Below, piece after piece: positions 20,243-34,749 of a stretch of 64,000 bases of DNA (positions are counted from its first letter, which is position 1; every line of letters starts with the position of its first letter). Source of the DNA: the human T2T-CHM13v2.0 reference genome, Homo sapiens; assembly GCF_009914755.1 (NCBI RefSeq), contig NC_060942.1; one strand, given 5' to 3'. The translations under genes and the position numbers were made by a program. The notes beneath the pieces were generated by a model. The model saw only the letters and a list, made by a program, of their open reading frames with translations, made no database searches and was not told the DNA's origin.

Positions 20243-20520
20243 AATTCCAGCACTTTGGGAAGCTAGGTGAAAGAGTACTTGAGCCCAGGATTTCAAAATC
20301 AGCCTGGGCAATATGGTGAGATCCATCTCTACAAAAAAAAAAATAATTAACCAGGCATGGTGGCACACACCTGTAGCCCTAGTTATTTGGGAGGCTGATG
20401 TGGGAAGATCAATTGATCCCACAAGGTCAAGGTTACAGTGAGCAGTGATCTCGCTGCACTCCAGCCTGGGTGACAGAGTGAGACCCTGTCTCAAAAAAAA
20501 AAAAAAAAAAAAAAAAAAAA
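20243..20520 (+). mobile_element. AluJ, 5'-truncated
   Basis: 'cttgagcccagg' and 'gtgagaccctgtctc', long poly(A), degenerate TSD gagtattgaa/gagcattgaa. Confidence 0.92.
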
Positions 20521-20529
20521 GGAGCATTG

Positions 20530-20770
20530 AAAGGAATCTTTCCCTATTGCCCTCCAAAATAAAATTCAACCTTGTACACATTTACCCCTACTGAGGCATT
20601 TGCCATATTGTATTATAATCACTTTTTTATTTCCTGTCATTTCCACTAGACTTTAAACACTCCTGAGGGTAGGGATTATAGATTTTTCATTAAGTATCTA
20701 GCAAAGACCTATTGCATAAGGGATGCGCACTAAATATTTGCAGAGTGAATGCATGAATACATTAATGAAT
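20530..20770 (+). mobile_element. L2 3' end
   Basis: 'ccactagact...ctcctgagggtaggga...aaatatttgcagagtgaatg'. Confidence 0.65.
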
Positions 20771-21026
20771 GGAGCTAGGCCAGGCTATGGAAGGCAGGGA
20801 GGTATGAGGGTAGGCTAGAGAAAGCTTTCTAATTTACTGAATAGAATGAGAGGAAAGGAGGCCAGCACTAACTGAGTTCCTAGAGTAAGACCCTCTGTGC
20901 TTTGCACAAAGGAAGAGATCTTGCCTTCAAAAGTTAAATACTTTGTTATTCTTCATTGTAATAACTGGAAGCTCACCTGCATGCCTCTGATTCATGTGTG
21001 TTCTGTTTTTCCTTTTAGTCAATCCG

Positions 21027-21403
21027 TGTATTTGTCTGTTCTCATGCTGCTAATAAAGACATACCCGTGACTGGGTAATTTATAAAGGAAAGAGGTCTAA
21101 TTGACTCACAGTTCAGCATGGCTGGAGAGGCCTCAGGAAACTTACAATTATGGTGGAAGGGGAAGCAAATATGTTCTTCTTCGCATGGCAGCAGGAGAGA
21201 GAAGTGCAGAGTGAAGTGGGGGAAAAGCCCCTTATAAAACCATCAGATCTCATGAGAACTCACTCACTCTTATGAGAACAGCATGGAGATAATCACCCCC
21301 ATGATTCAATTATCTCTCACTGGGTCCCTCCCATGATACATGGGATTTATGGGAACTACAATTCAAGATGAGATTTGTGTGGGGACACAGCCAAACCATA
21401 TCA
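21027..21403 (-). mobile_element. Solo THE1C/D LTR (ERVL-MaLR)
   Basis: Ends 'ggggacacagccaaaccatatca', the reverse complement of the THE1 start; 'gctgctaataaagacatacc'; TSD atccg/atcag. Confidence 0.93.
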
Positions 21404-21624
21404 ATCAGCAATTCAAGGGTAGGACTTCTTGCTTCATGCTGCCTTTGAAGGTCTACAGCAGTATCACCATAGCTTGCTCATTGGGTATGTACAATGATGG
21501 TTCATGGCTGATACATTCAAGACCCAGTAAAGATCCTTAAACCAGCTCCTGTGCTGCAGAAGATCATCAATATGCTAGTTTCCTCTTTTTAAACAATGCT
21601 TCTTTGAGACTGCCATAGAGATGA

Positions 21625-21680
21625 CTTAAAGATGACTCTAAGGTGCAGAAACTTTTCTGCACCTTAGAGTCATCTTTAAG
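21625..21680. repeat. Perfect inverted repeat: 27-bp arms, 2-nt spacer
   Basis: cttaaagatgactctaaggtgcagaaa (21625-21651), ct, tttctgcaccttagagtcatctttaag (21654-21680). Confidence 0.97.
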
Positions 21681-22617
21681 GTCACACATCTATGGTTTCT
21701 ATTCAGTGAGTTCCTGTAGTTCTTTTCTCTTCGTTATAAAGAGCAACAAAGCATATTTCTAGTTTTTATGATTGCACATCCTTTTAAAATAAAAGTCTTT
21801 ATATATTTTTTTCTGGTGCCCCAAACATTGAGATAATCAGGGAGTATTATTAACATCAGTGGTATAATATAGAGTGACTGTTGTGTTTCATACTGGTGAG
21901 TGCCTAAATGTACTGATTCCTGGTTTGGTTATATTCAACTGATATAGATTGAGGGTTCTGTCAAATTATGCGAAGACTAATAATAGGAAGTTCCTGCTTC
22001 CTGGGTATTGTTTATGAGAGAAATTAGAGAAGATACAAAGATTTGGATTTCATTCTTCATCAGGTGTTATATTGTCAGGAGAGAAAGAATACTGTAGTTG
22101 GAAGAATCTTGCCCTAGAAGCACTGAGTTTTAGAACACCATATACCACCATCCAGCTGTGCAACTTTGGGATAGCTATCACTTCTTTTCTCTTGTATTCA
22201 ATTTCCTCACCAATAAAATCAAAGTGCTGAGCTCTGTCTAATTCTAACATTTCATGATGAAGATAGTTATAATTGAATACCTGTAATACTTGTCCTGTAT
22301 TAGAAAGAGACAGAACACTTCTGCATAAGATCCTTATGCCCAATGATGCCCTCTGAATAGGCAATCCTAGAGACTAAAAGATAAGAGACTTACAATTCTG
22401 AGGCCATCACACTCTCATGATAAAATTCGAAGCTATAATCCAAATAAATTCCTATAAATAGGAAAGGGGCATCTACTCATAGAACAAAGGAAAATCAATT
22501 TCTCAGAACTATTTCCTGCAACATTAGAACATTCTGGACTCAATTGGCTATTGAGAACAGGCCATTAAAGCTAAACAATAGATTTCTATGTGAATTAATG
22601 CACAACTTCTTACCTAA

Positions 22618-22978
<361 letters not shown>

Positions 22979-23239
22979 AAGACCCTGACTTTCTTAAACA
23001 TTATTTAACAGATGCAAATTGGCAATCTTATAATAATCTTAAACATAAGTCTGCAATGAGTTTTTTTGTTTTTAATTTTTTGGCATTTGACATTGTTGTT
23101 GATCCCAAAAGAAAGACATTGTTACATTTGTAAGTCAAGGTAAAGATTCAGAGAGCCCTCCAACACACAGGGCAGATGGTGAGATGTCATGGCGAAGTCG
23201 ATTCAACACCCACATGGATTAGGTCGGATAACGCTGAAA

Positions 23240-23620
23240 CTCTATATGAGCTATCAAGAAGATAAGGGTGCTTGAAAACTGCTCAGTGAGAGAGAAAATG
23301 TCAACACATATTGAAAAGAGCATTTCCAGGTCTTCAGTGGAAATTATTTTATCAGTGGGAGTGTTTTCAACTCCATCCCACAACTCCCAATCAGTGGCAA
23401 TCTCAAAATCCCTCCAACTCTTTATGAGGTGAGGAAAGCCATCAAGCAGATGAAAAACAACAAGGCATCTGGAGCTGATGGAATCCCTGCTGAAATCTTC
23501 AAATCGGCTGAGGAAAATGCACACTATGGCTCCTCGATCTCATCTTGAAGCTTGAGAATGATGAAGAAATTCCAGATGACATCCGTGATGTTGCAGTTGT
23601 GACCATTTCAAGGCAAGGAC
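23240..23620 (+). mobile_element. Ancient RTE-clade LINE fossil (MamRTE1/L4-like), region just upstream of the RT core
   Basis: Manual translation from 23315 gives KEHFQ...SIPQLP...PPTLYEVRKAIKQMKNNKASGADGIPAEIFK; after a frameshift it continues EEIPDDIRDVAVVTISRQG. These are non-LTR RT N-terminal motifs of RTE type. Confidence 0.8.
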
Positions 23621-23879
23621 ACAAAGCTAATTGGAAAAAAAAAAAACCACTCACACTCTTCCTTCTCAGGAAACTTCTTGCTGAGGTGCTTCCTTCATCA
23701 TGCTACTTTTTGAAAGGCAATAGAGATGCTAAAAATGTCAATTATTTAACTTCAGTAGTTTGGCAGGGGCATTTTTTTTTTCTGATTTGGTTTGAATTAC
23801 ATGGATAGCAAACAGTGCAAACCATTGCCGATACCCATTGCATTGTTATTACATTGTTATTACTTCCCTACACATTTGA

Positions 23880-23975
23880 TCACTCTTGAAGATTCCAAGA
23901 CAAGGCTTGCATTATTCATCTTTCTATCTCCAGAGCCTGGCACATGGTAGGTGCTCAATAGATGGTCAATAAATT
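23880..23975 (+). mobile_element. L2/MIR 3'-end fragment
   Basis: 'gcctggcacatggtaggtgctcaata'. Confidence 0.6.
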
Positions 23976-26900
23976 AATAAGTTACTTGAACATGACTTAG
24001 TAACTTGGATGTTAATAAGAGTAAGACTAGTTGCCTGGGCATAATATTTAACAGATAAGTAAGGAATAAGGTTGCCATATGGCCTCAGGGTCCTCTGGCC
24101 ATGCTGTCAGAATGGGAGCATAGAAGAAGATGGGGTCAGATCTCATACCTTCATTCATGGCCACTTCCTTAATTATGCACATGAGTGAGGGCGGGTGATA
24201 GAGAAGACAGGAGAGACAGGAGAGTGTGAGGCAGGCAAAGGACAGAAAAACAGAACTAAGGAAGCGGGAACATCAACCTTTCCTTTGGTTGTTGTTGACC
24301 TAGTTTCTGATCAGAATTGCACAGTGAGCTACCTCAGGGTCATAATGAGCATAGCACTCCCATTGTGCAAATGAGTGAGCTGAGATGCAGAGGATAATTG
24401 ACGGGTCATTCCCCAAACTGGAGCCAACTCTAATTTGCTATAAAGTTTGCATCTCCCTGCCCTGCACTGAAGCCAGAAGGCCAAACAGAACTGTCCCACA
24501 GAAGCTATGTGGGGGCTGGGGCAGGGACAATGTGGGTCCTCTCTCTGCTCCATAGGCACAGAGATAATACAGTGCACTATGTTAATTAACACTTAAAGCT
24601 GATACAGACTAAAATAAACAAATGTGCACCCATTCTGGTTCCACTTCTAAGACCTCATCCCGAGACCATAACACAGTTTGTTTTACAGCTTCTCTGGTCA
24701 CGTGAGAGCCAGCATAATGAAACCGCTCTAATCTCTATTTTTCTAAAGTCTGTGTAGATACAGATGGCTCTGTTTTGGTCTCTGGGTTTTATTCTTATTT
24801 TGCCACAATTTTAACCTTTTATGTATCTCTTTCTGTGAGATATTCTCACTGTTTCCTCACTGCCTAGAGGCTCTGAGAGGCCCTTCATTTTCGTTTTTCC
24901 AACCAACGTATCATATTGTTCTTCAGCATATTAGAGATTTTTAAATAACAGGACATATTGCCATTCTTACTGGAGAATTCTGATATACAGGGATGCCATT
25001 CTGTGATTCATGAGAAAGCTTATTTCAGCTTCATTTTTTAAACATCAAAAGTTGAAGAATAGATGTTTAATTTTCAAAGTATCCATAATCACGTGTGCCT
25101 GGAAGGCCATGAGCAGCAGAGAAAGGACTTGGAAAGCTATAACGTCTCATGCATATGTTTTATGCTTGTGGGAAGAAAAAGAGACTAGAAAGGAAATAAG
25201 AGAGCCACGAAATAAAGAGAGCTGGATATGACACAGGTTCTGAAAGAGAAAAAATTCAGGACTTTGTTGAGCCTCACATGCAGAGTCAAATTCAGAAAAA
25301 AATGGCAACATATAAACAGCTCACAAAGCACAATACTCAGTCTCATAAATTCGGCACAATCTGGGTACCAGCTTCCAGCTTCCAGTTGCAATAAGAGAAT
25401 TGCCAAGTAGAAAAATGACCAAAGCATTCCCGACATGTTTGCATAAGTGAGGTAAGGAGCTCAAAGGAGGGATTTAAAAGAAGACTCTGCATTGTTCGTG
25501 AAGTCATTCAAGCAGAAGGAGGGTGGAATTCCATCTGTTCAGTTCAGTTTGGTTCAATGAACTGGGTCACTTTTAATGGTTCACTAAATTCTGACTATCT
25601 AAAAATTACAGTTAATGTGTTTTAAAAATCTTGAGCTGCATGACAAGAACACCTTATTACTTGTTCTTCCTTGCCCTTGGGTTTATCACCTCTGAGATTG
25701 GGTAAAGTGGGGTGCCTTTCATGAGATGGGCAAATTGGGTTGCTGTATCCAGCATCAGATGCCTACCAATAGCTCTGCATTAAAAAAGACAAAAAAAAAT
25801 GCTTTTATATCCCCTACTTCCTTGATCCTCTCCCTGACTGGAGTTTTGAGGCTGGGGCAACTATTTCTCACTCATGTGAGACTGATCTGGGAACATATCT
25901 GAGGTAGAGGAAGGAGACCAGCATAGAACTAGAAAGCAGAAAAACTATTGTAGAAAAATAAGTACATAAGAGAAAAATCATAATTCATGTTTCGGGGAAA
26001 GTTTGAAAGTCTCAAAGCACAGGATGCTCCAGGGAAGTGTTTCTGGCTTTAGGCTTTTCAAGGAGGTGATTTGTACCCAATTTCATGTGATTAAACATTT
26101 CCCCAGCTTCCTAAGGATCAGGGTTACTTTCAAAGGTAAACCTAAGAAAATAAAAGAATCGTGTTCCCTGATTTTGAATAAGTGTGTTGGTTTTTCTCTG
26201 CACAGCAAAACAAGCCTTTTATCACAACATGGAGATGCTTTTTAATCATGGCATTTTTAAGGGCAAAGTGATATTGAACTATGGATGAAACACCTTTCTA
26301 GAAAAGATGAAACTGTCGGGAATCAGAATGAGAAAAAGGGAGATTTGTTCCAAAATTGAATTTAGGCAACCTTGATCTTATTTTCCATGTCATCTTTGCC
26401 TATTAAAAATATACCTATTCCTCCTGGATACTGACCAACATGGCCTCTTGTTGCAAAGTGCTGCTTGATATGCCAGTAGGACATCTCTTCGTGATAGACG
26501 AGAGAAGCAGAGTTGAAAGCAACACCTGAAGCTTTCAAATAGGAAATAACACAAGATCAGCCCAAGGACATCTGCAAGTTAAAAAACAACACCTCTTCCA
26601 AAGACAGTTTCAAAAAAATAAATAATCATACTAGAATTGGGACTATGGCTACTGAATAGTGATGAAGATGATCAACTAAATCATTAATGCTGATGGGATG
26701 TTTACTTTTCTACTCAGACCTAGCTAGCTAGCTCAGAATTATTTGTTCAAATTGAAATTCGATTTTAAGAGGGCTAGATAAATGTGAGACTAGACGAAGC
26801 CATCCTTATTTGGTTCTAATGGCACAGTGTCTTTCTGAAGCATTACAAGTTGTATTCTTTTGTTCATTTAATAAGCACAAAAGCACGTAGAGAGCTGCAG

Positions 26901-27179
26901 ATGAGGACACTTCTCCTTCGGCTTGTATTTGCACAGGGTGGAGTCACACAATGATTTGGGGAAGGGACTGCCCCCACCTCTGGCCTTCCTTTGTACAGTT
27001 TTCACACCTGCCAGCGTGGGAGGGTAAGCCTCTGTCCCCCTACAGATGGTCTATCAACAGGGGTCACAGCAGCTCCCAGCTCTGGACTAGGACTATGAAT
27101 TAGTGTAGTTTCCCTCCAGCAAATTTTCTTCCATGGGCCCCACTGGGGCCACTAGTGGTGGAGGACATGGTCTGAAGAA

Positions 27180-27650
27180 TCTCTCTCCTTTGACCTAATT
27201 ACTTCTTCTCTAGTCTCCCCAGCTCTGTCCCTGCCAGATGTAATCCATTTCCTAAACTTCTGTCATGGGAGTCTTTCCCAAACATTGATGTGATGGAATC
27301 CCTCCCTTGCTTACAGGTCTCTTGAGTTCTCCTTAAGATAAAGAATAATCTCCTTAGCAGATATGTGTATCTTTTTACCACATTATTCCAAGGGTCTTTA
27401 CAAACTCATTATCAATTGTTGAGTTTTTTGCTCATCCTTCAGGGATTGGCTCTAAAGCCCCCTCTGTTGAAGACTTTAATTACTCAACCCATCCATCCTC
27501 TTCCCCACCATGGCACCTCCATTGGAGCAGTTGTTGCAGGGTATTGCAATGACGTATCCATCTTTCTTTCTATTTTCCCATCCAGGCTGTGTAGCAATCA
27601 AAAACAGGAATGTATTCATGCCTAGTGCAGTGTTGAATACTTGTTAAAAA
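27180..27650 (+). mobile_element. L2 fragment
   Basis: Degenerate pyrimidine-rich L2 3'-region motifs ending 'gttgaatacttgtt'. Confidence 0.45.
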
Positions 27651-28914
27651 TATATTTAATTGGATGGTAATATCTGCTTTTTTATGTTTTTGTTTCAATC
27701 TGTTTTCTACTCCAGCTACCAGTTTAATATAGTTCTAGGGTGTTATTCCCATTTCTGTTACTTTCCTTCTTAATATTTATGAATATGTTTGTTTGAACAT
27801 ATACTTGTTTATTGGTGTTCTCTATCAGTAAAATAAAAACTCTATAAAGCCAAAGACATCATCTCATTTTGTTTACACTGTATCTCCTATTCCTATCTTT
27901 GTACCTTCTTAGTAAATATTTGCTTAATCAAAGAAGGAATTAATTAAGAAATTCTTCAGCACAAGATGTTGAGTTATAGACACCTCACTTACAATTCTTT
28001 AGGCAATGACCAAATGAATTGCTTTTCGCTTTATTTACTTTCTTCTTGATTTTAATAATTCTTTTCTACAGCTTCCCCACTATTTAAAATGAAAAAATCT
28101 TGCATCAAGGGAAGGAAAAAAAAATGAGTGGGAAATTTACAAAGAAACCCTTTTACATGTTGACTATGGAATCCTTTTATAAATGGCTGAGTTCCCTCAA
28201 TTCATGCACCAGTGATTACTTCTTTCTTCTTCTTTTTCCTACTCAGAGGTCTGCCCGAATCTGCTGGCTAAGCCGCCTCCAATACAAAGGGGAATTAATA
28301 TTGTAGGACAATTAGAATTTGGTGTCCCTTCCACTGTGATGTTTTAGAAAATCAAGGTAGGGTTTTATCCCTGACCATAAGTTGAAATCTTAATATATTT
28401 GAACTTAAACTCATCATGGCCTGAGCCTATTGCATGAACTATTATCTATTATCTAATGCTACTGTGAAAAGTGACACTCTATGGCAAATAGGGGACCAAA
28501 ATTGTTGCCCTCCACTTTAGTCCTACATTATATTACTGAATTTAAATCATAAGAGTTAGGGGCCAATAGTGAAGGAGGTGTGTGTGTGTGTGAGTGAGTG
28601 TGTGTGACTGCATGTGTGTTCAGGGATGCCCTGAAGTTAGGTGAGTGGCCTAATCCATCATGGCATCTCACAGGCACTTGACTGTATGATTTGAGGAGTT
28701 CCTGGTGAGTGAACCTGCCACAAGAAGGAAGGGCAACACAGCAATCATGGCTGTCCCCAGTAATTTTGTCCCCTCTCAGTTTCAACAGTCTTCTCTTGGC
28801 TCTTCAGATAATGGGGTCTGCCACCAATACACCAACTGTCTCAAGTCAGGTGCTGAAACAACTCAAACCAGGAAATATGAAGACATAGATATATCTCATT
28901 TAATGCTGATACCT

Positions 28915-29060
28915 TTAACTTTTATGAGCTCAGTTCCCTCAACAAAAATAAGTGGAGAGTTGTAGTGAGTAGAGCATGGGTTGTTGAGAGGATTCAGTGA
29001 TATGTAAAGTGCTCAGCACCAGCATCTGGTACATTTCAAGTAATGTGCAGTGGTTGTTAT
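28915..29060 (+). mobile_element. MIR
   Basis: 'gggttgttgagaggatt...tgtaaagtgctcagcac'. Confidence 0.7.
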
Positions 29061-29176
29061 CACTATTACTACTAGTCCTGAGGTTAGAATAAACCTGCTC
29101 TATCTTTCTCTCTTCTTTACATATAGTCTCATTAAAAACAAACAAACACTAGACTCCAGCATTCAAAACCATTCAC

Positions 29177-29400
29177 CAGTGGCTAAGAGAACAGATTCTA
29201 GAACCAGGCTACTTGGATTTGAATCCCGGCTCCTCAACTTACTGGGCCGGTAACTTTAGTTGAATTATTTAGCCTCTTTATGCCTCTGTCTTCTTACCTG
29301 TAAAACCAGGATAAAGACTGCATTTTTTCCTTGGTATATGGTCAGTATTCACTTATTTAAAGAACTTGGGAAAGTGTACATGGTTAACATGTAGTACTTG
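29177..29400 (+). mobile_element. MIR
   Basis: tRNA-derived head 'gtggctaagag...ggatttgaatcccggctc' plus core. Confidence 0.8.
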
Positions 29401-29739
29401 GTAGATCTTTGCAGATTGGCTCTTTTGACCTTATCTCCTGGGACAAAACCTTGAAGTCTTTTTGCTCAGTCATGGCTGGCATGGATGCTGGATCCAGCAA
29501 TGTGTACTGCTCACCTCAGACGAACTCCTATGGCTGGTGGAACTCTTGGTCTTTTCAAAATTTATTTCCTAATATTTTCCTTGCCTGTGGGCCCAGGATT
29601 AGCCCTTCTGGCTCTAGACTTCATTTAACTTCTGCAGCTGGAACCTGTCCTCTTCCCCTATTCTTTCAGGGAGACCCTCTATTGTGCTGTATGCCATCAA
29701 CAAATGAAGGAAATGGAAGCCAGCTAAAATGCATTGAAA

Positions 29740-29920
29740 CCCTGGTATGCTAGATATTTATAGTAATATGTGTTAAATTTCACAGTAACCATGAAAAATA
29801 AGTTTTATTCTAGTTTGTCAGATGTGGAAACTAAGTCTCAGGAAGGCTGAGTAATTTGCCCCAAGTCATGTAGTAAGCAAGTGGTAGAGAGAGAATGTAA
29901 ACTCAGGTCTGTTTAACTTT
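29740..29920 (-). mobile_element. MIR
   Basis: 'cagatgtggaaactaagtctcagg...aatttgccccaagtca'. Confidence 0.75.
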
Positions 29921-30753
29921 CAGAAACTGTGCTTGCTTCTTCCCTTATATCATGTTGTCCCATTATTTTGTAAAAATGATCATAAGTTTATTGTAAGTGT
30001 ATTGTATGTGTATGTAAGTGTATTGTTATTGTATTAAATTTGATTATCCTATTTTAATTTTAATTTTACATGGTTTATATGTGATCCTTCTGGAGGTGAA
30101 GATTATGGATGGGATGGAAAGGAGTGATACTACCATGAATTGAAAACTTTCGTTCTCTGTTCCTCTCTTTCTCAATCTCTCTCATACACACACCACACAC
30201 ACATTTACTTTAATTTATCTATATGTTTGTCTATCTATGCATCTACCTATCATCTCTATGTATACATATTCATACATGTGCATTTATTAAATACCATCAA
30301 ATATTTATTGATAATTTATTTTATGTAAAGGCAATAAAACTTTCTTCTTTACATTTTTCATTGTAACAGAAACTTAGAAAGTCTATTCTTGCTTTGGAAT
30401 AGTCAGTGATTAGCATCGAGCAGGGCCTGTCTTTAGGCAAAGTCTCACTTCTGCACTTGCTTTCTGGGCTATTACCCAAGCCTAGACTCACCCTGCAGTA
30501 GGGTATTTTCTCCTTGAGAGCTGTTCTACCACAGCCTGTGTTCCCACAGGGGCTGGTGGAGGGAAAGCCCCTCTCTACTCAGCATTGCAAGTTGCCTAAT
30601 GAACTTCTCACTGAATTCTTGTTTCAAATTTGAGAGATGGTTCTAATCTCAACTGATTTGTGAAGCTGAGACGACCTGATGAATACCTCTGATGTTAGTT
30701 ATTTCTGCCAATTTTCTCATTGGTTAAATTTCAAGCGATGTCTACTCAAGGTC

Positions 30754-31177
30754 TGATATGGTTTGGATCTGTGTCCCTGCCCAAATCTTATGTTGACATG
30801 TAATCCCCAATGCTGGGAGGGGGCGCCTGGTGGGAGGTGATTGGATCATGGGGGCAGTTTCTCATGAATTGTTTAGCACCGTACCCCCTAGTACTGTTCT
30901 CGTGATAGAGTTCTCACAAGATCTGGTTATTTAAAAGTGTGTAGCACCTCCCTCTCCCTGTCTCTTGCTCCTGCTCTGACCATGTAAGATGTGCCTGCTT
31001 CCCCGTTGCCTTCTGCCATGATTGAAAGTCTCCTGAGGCCTCCAAAGAAGCTAAGAGGATGCCGGCATTATGCTTCCTATACAGCCTGCAGAACCATGAG
31101 CCAATGAAACCTCTCATCTTTATAAATTACTCAATCTCAGTTATTTCTTTATGGCAATGCAGGAATGGACTGATACA
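30754..31177 (+). mobile_element. Solo MSTA/MSTB LTR
   Basis: 'tgatatggtttggatctgtgtccc...gactgataca'; perfect TSD aggtc at 30749-30753 and 31178-31182. Confidence 0.93.
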
Positions 31178-32102
31178 AGGTCCCACTTATTCAAAGAACT
31201 CAGTCATACGTCTGCCATGATACCCTTTCCTCTATTGGGTCAGTTGCTTAAGATTCTATCTTTTCTTCTAAATATAGCTGAAAATTATTTAAACATCACA
31301 TGGAAACTATGTTAATATGTTATTTGTAAGGATTGTATGTGAATGTGAAATCTCAGAGGACAGGATGAAAAAACCAGAAGATACTCTTGGTCTTTCAGGG
31401 CTGAATGGCAACCTGGAGGCCCAACTGCAGATGAAGCCTGCTATTTGAAAACTGGAAATTAGATGGGGTCACTATCACCCCTGCATCTTCTTCCATATTG
31501 TCAATTTCCCAGAATGCTAGGTTGAACACCTAACTGCCTGAAATGGGTTTTAGAAATGGGTTTTAGAATAGGGAACAAAAATGTTTGTGTGTGTGAGAGT
31601 GTGTACATGCATACATATATAATGATAATTTCAAAGTGGAATGGCTATGATTGGTTGCAGGAGCCCTTAATAAGTACACTAATTCCCCAGGCCCCACACA
31701 CACTATTTTTTTTCTGGAAGGCCATTAAAATAGGAAAATCCAGTGAGGGGAGGATCACAACACACCAGCAGTAAACACAAGCAGGGCCTCTGCAGTATTT
31801 AGGCCTCTTTTCTCTGAATAGCCCCTTCTTCTTTTATCTCTTTCACTTGTAAACTGTCTAGGCTAAGTATAAAACAAATGAAGAGGGAGAGGACAAAAGA
31901 ACAGTAAAGAAAAAGTTTGAGCAAGACCAGCAATTGAAAGCGGGCAAATAGTGGTGGAATGGATGGACAAGGGAGAGCGAGAGTGGGAAGCTGTAGAGAA
32001 AGTTGAGGGGAAGGGAAGGTACCCCATATTGAAATAGGATTAATCTGATAGCATCTAGTAAACGTCAACATGTTGGGAGCAGATCCACGCATGAAAAGTT
32101 TT

Positions 32103-32461
<359 letters not shown>

Positions 32462-32644
32462 TAATTAGAGCAAGTATCTGGCAAGGGAAATTGGAGTAGG
32501 TAAACAGGAGAACCGCAACATCTGATTTGCCCACTTCGTCTTGTAGTTTAAGGTCAACTCTTGTGTGCATTTGGTTCCATCATCTAAAGGGAAAAATGTA
32601 AATTAGTGTTATGTATATATTGTCATGTATTAGCTTTGAGATAA

Positions 32645-32959
<315 letters not shown>

Positions 32960-34749
32960 AAAAAAACCACTCTTATCTATTATTATGCCAAAAGCTCTAC
33001 AGAGCCCTTAACTGGGTCAGAATCCTCTATTTTTGTTTCTATGAGTAATATTTGTTAACAATAAAATCATGTCACAGAATATCTTATGTGGAAGTGGGCA
33101 GCTTCACTCTTGAATGGCAGATACCCATCTAAATACCAAGAATCATGCTACTTATTCAAGGTTATAAACAGAGGAAGGTCATCAAGAGTGGAAGTGTCAT
33201 ATCCTGGAGGAAGAGGCAAGCTAGTTTCCTTGTCATTGTATTTGGACTCCTCAAAGTGAAACATGGTAAGGTTTATACAGGTTTTTGTTGATTTGCTTTT
33301 CATTGATTTTACTCTTTGTCTTCAACAAAGAAAAAGAAGCTGTAGGTTTATCCCTGTCTCTGCAGCTGCAATTGTGACTTCCTTGGAAAAAAAAAAAAAA
33401 AAGCCAAAAGGACAGCTCTTTACCGATTAGGAAGTAGAAAATTTGATAGCTTCTGAAAATAAATGCCTGTATTCCATTTTCTGGCAGGCCGCTGTGGTTC
33501 GTCTTCTGCCTGGGAACTGGATAAAAACATCAGTGAATACCCCAAAGGTCAGAATTTCAGAACTGCTGCCACAACTGTATTGTCACCAAGTAGTCACCAT
33601 GCTCTCACTCACTCTCTTTTTTTAAGAGGCCTGGTCATGTCCGGGGGAATGCCAGGTACATTTTTCTTAATGTATGAGCACAAGTTACATATAACAACCT
33701 AACAACACAATACTGCCTCTTTAATGCTAATCTATTCCTTGCAATCTACTAGATACATGTAGAGTCATTGGTGTGTATCAAGAGAGCAAAATCAGATTCT
33801 GAAAATATCTGAAAGGATGCACTAGAGTGTACATAATAATGTATTTTAATCTGCCAGGCCTTAAAATTAATCATGAATTCCCACAGAGATTTTAATAATT
33901 TTGAAATGATGTTTTTTTTTTCTTCATAGAGTAATATTCTTGGACAGAGTTTTCTAAATGCTGCAAGGGTAAAAAAAAAAAAAATATAGGTGGGGGAGGG
34001 GGAAGCAGGGGCAGTTTCTCGTTTGCCATCTTAGAGGAGATGTGTTTACCAGGGGAACATGTTTTCTTTTGCTCCTAACTAAAAGGCAAGGTAGGTGTTT
34101 CAAAGAAAGGCTTTATCACTCCATAAAAGCTGACAAGTCTCGGGAAGTTTATTAGGGGTAATAATGTGCATTTGTTAAGCAGTGGGAATAGTCCTGAAGC
34201 AAAGAGGTCCATTCTAGCGAGGGGGTGGATACCTCAGCAGCATTACAGAACTTGGCCATCAGCAGTTTTCAGAGTGGCACAGGAGGAAAACCTTGGTGGT
34301 CAAACTGCAATAGGCTCTGGAAAGGGTGACCATATTATTTATTGTTTAAACTGGGACTTTTGAGAGGGAAAATAAAAGTAAATAATTACCCTGGGGTATA
34401 TGCTTACTTTCAGTTCAAGGGCAGGTAGCAAAGGTCTGGATCTCAGGTTTCTGATTTAGCAGTGGCCCCTGCCTTTCAAAGAGGGGTGGTCATGTCTGTT
34501 TCCCTTACTGCCCTAAGATGCTAGGCCCATAAACTGTTTAGGCTCTTTGAACTTTATCCAACAAAGGTGTTATGTAAAATTATAAATACATAGCATTGTT
34601 TCATGAATAATAAACAACTAAAAATATTATGACCTAGATTGATGATTTTTCAGGGATATCCAGGGTACCAGGAAAAAAAAAATACGTTCCTAGAGGTATG
34701 CTGGACTTTCTATATCTTTTTAAGTCTCCATAAAATACCCTATTCAATG

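Noticed and set aside
23219-23524. 101-aa minus-strand ORF
   Set aside because: It is the antisense shadow of the RTE-like frame on the plus strand.
31541-31568. 13-bp tandem duplication aaatgggttttag (similar micro-duplications at ~11227 and ~45602)
   Set aside because: Ordinary slippage events; not telomeric arrays.
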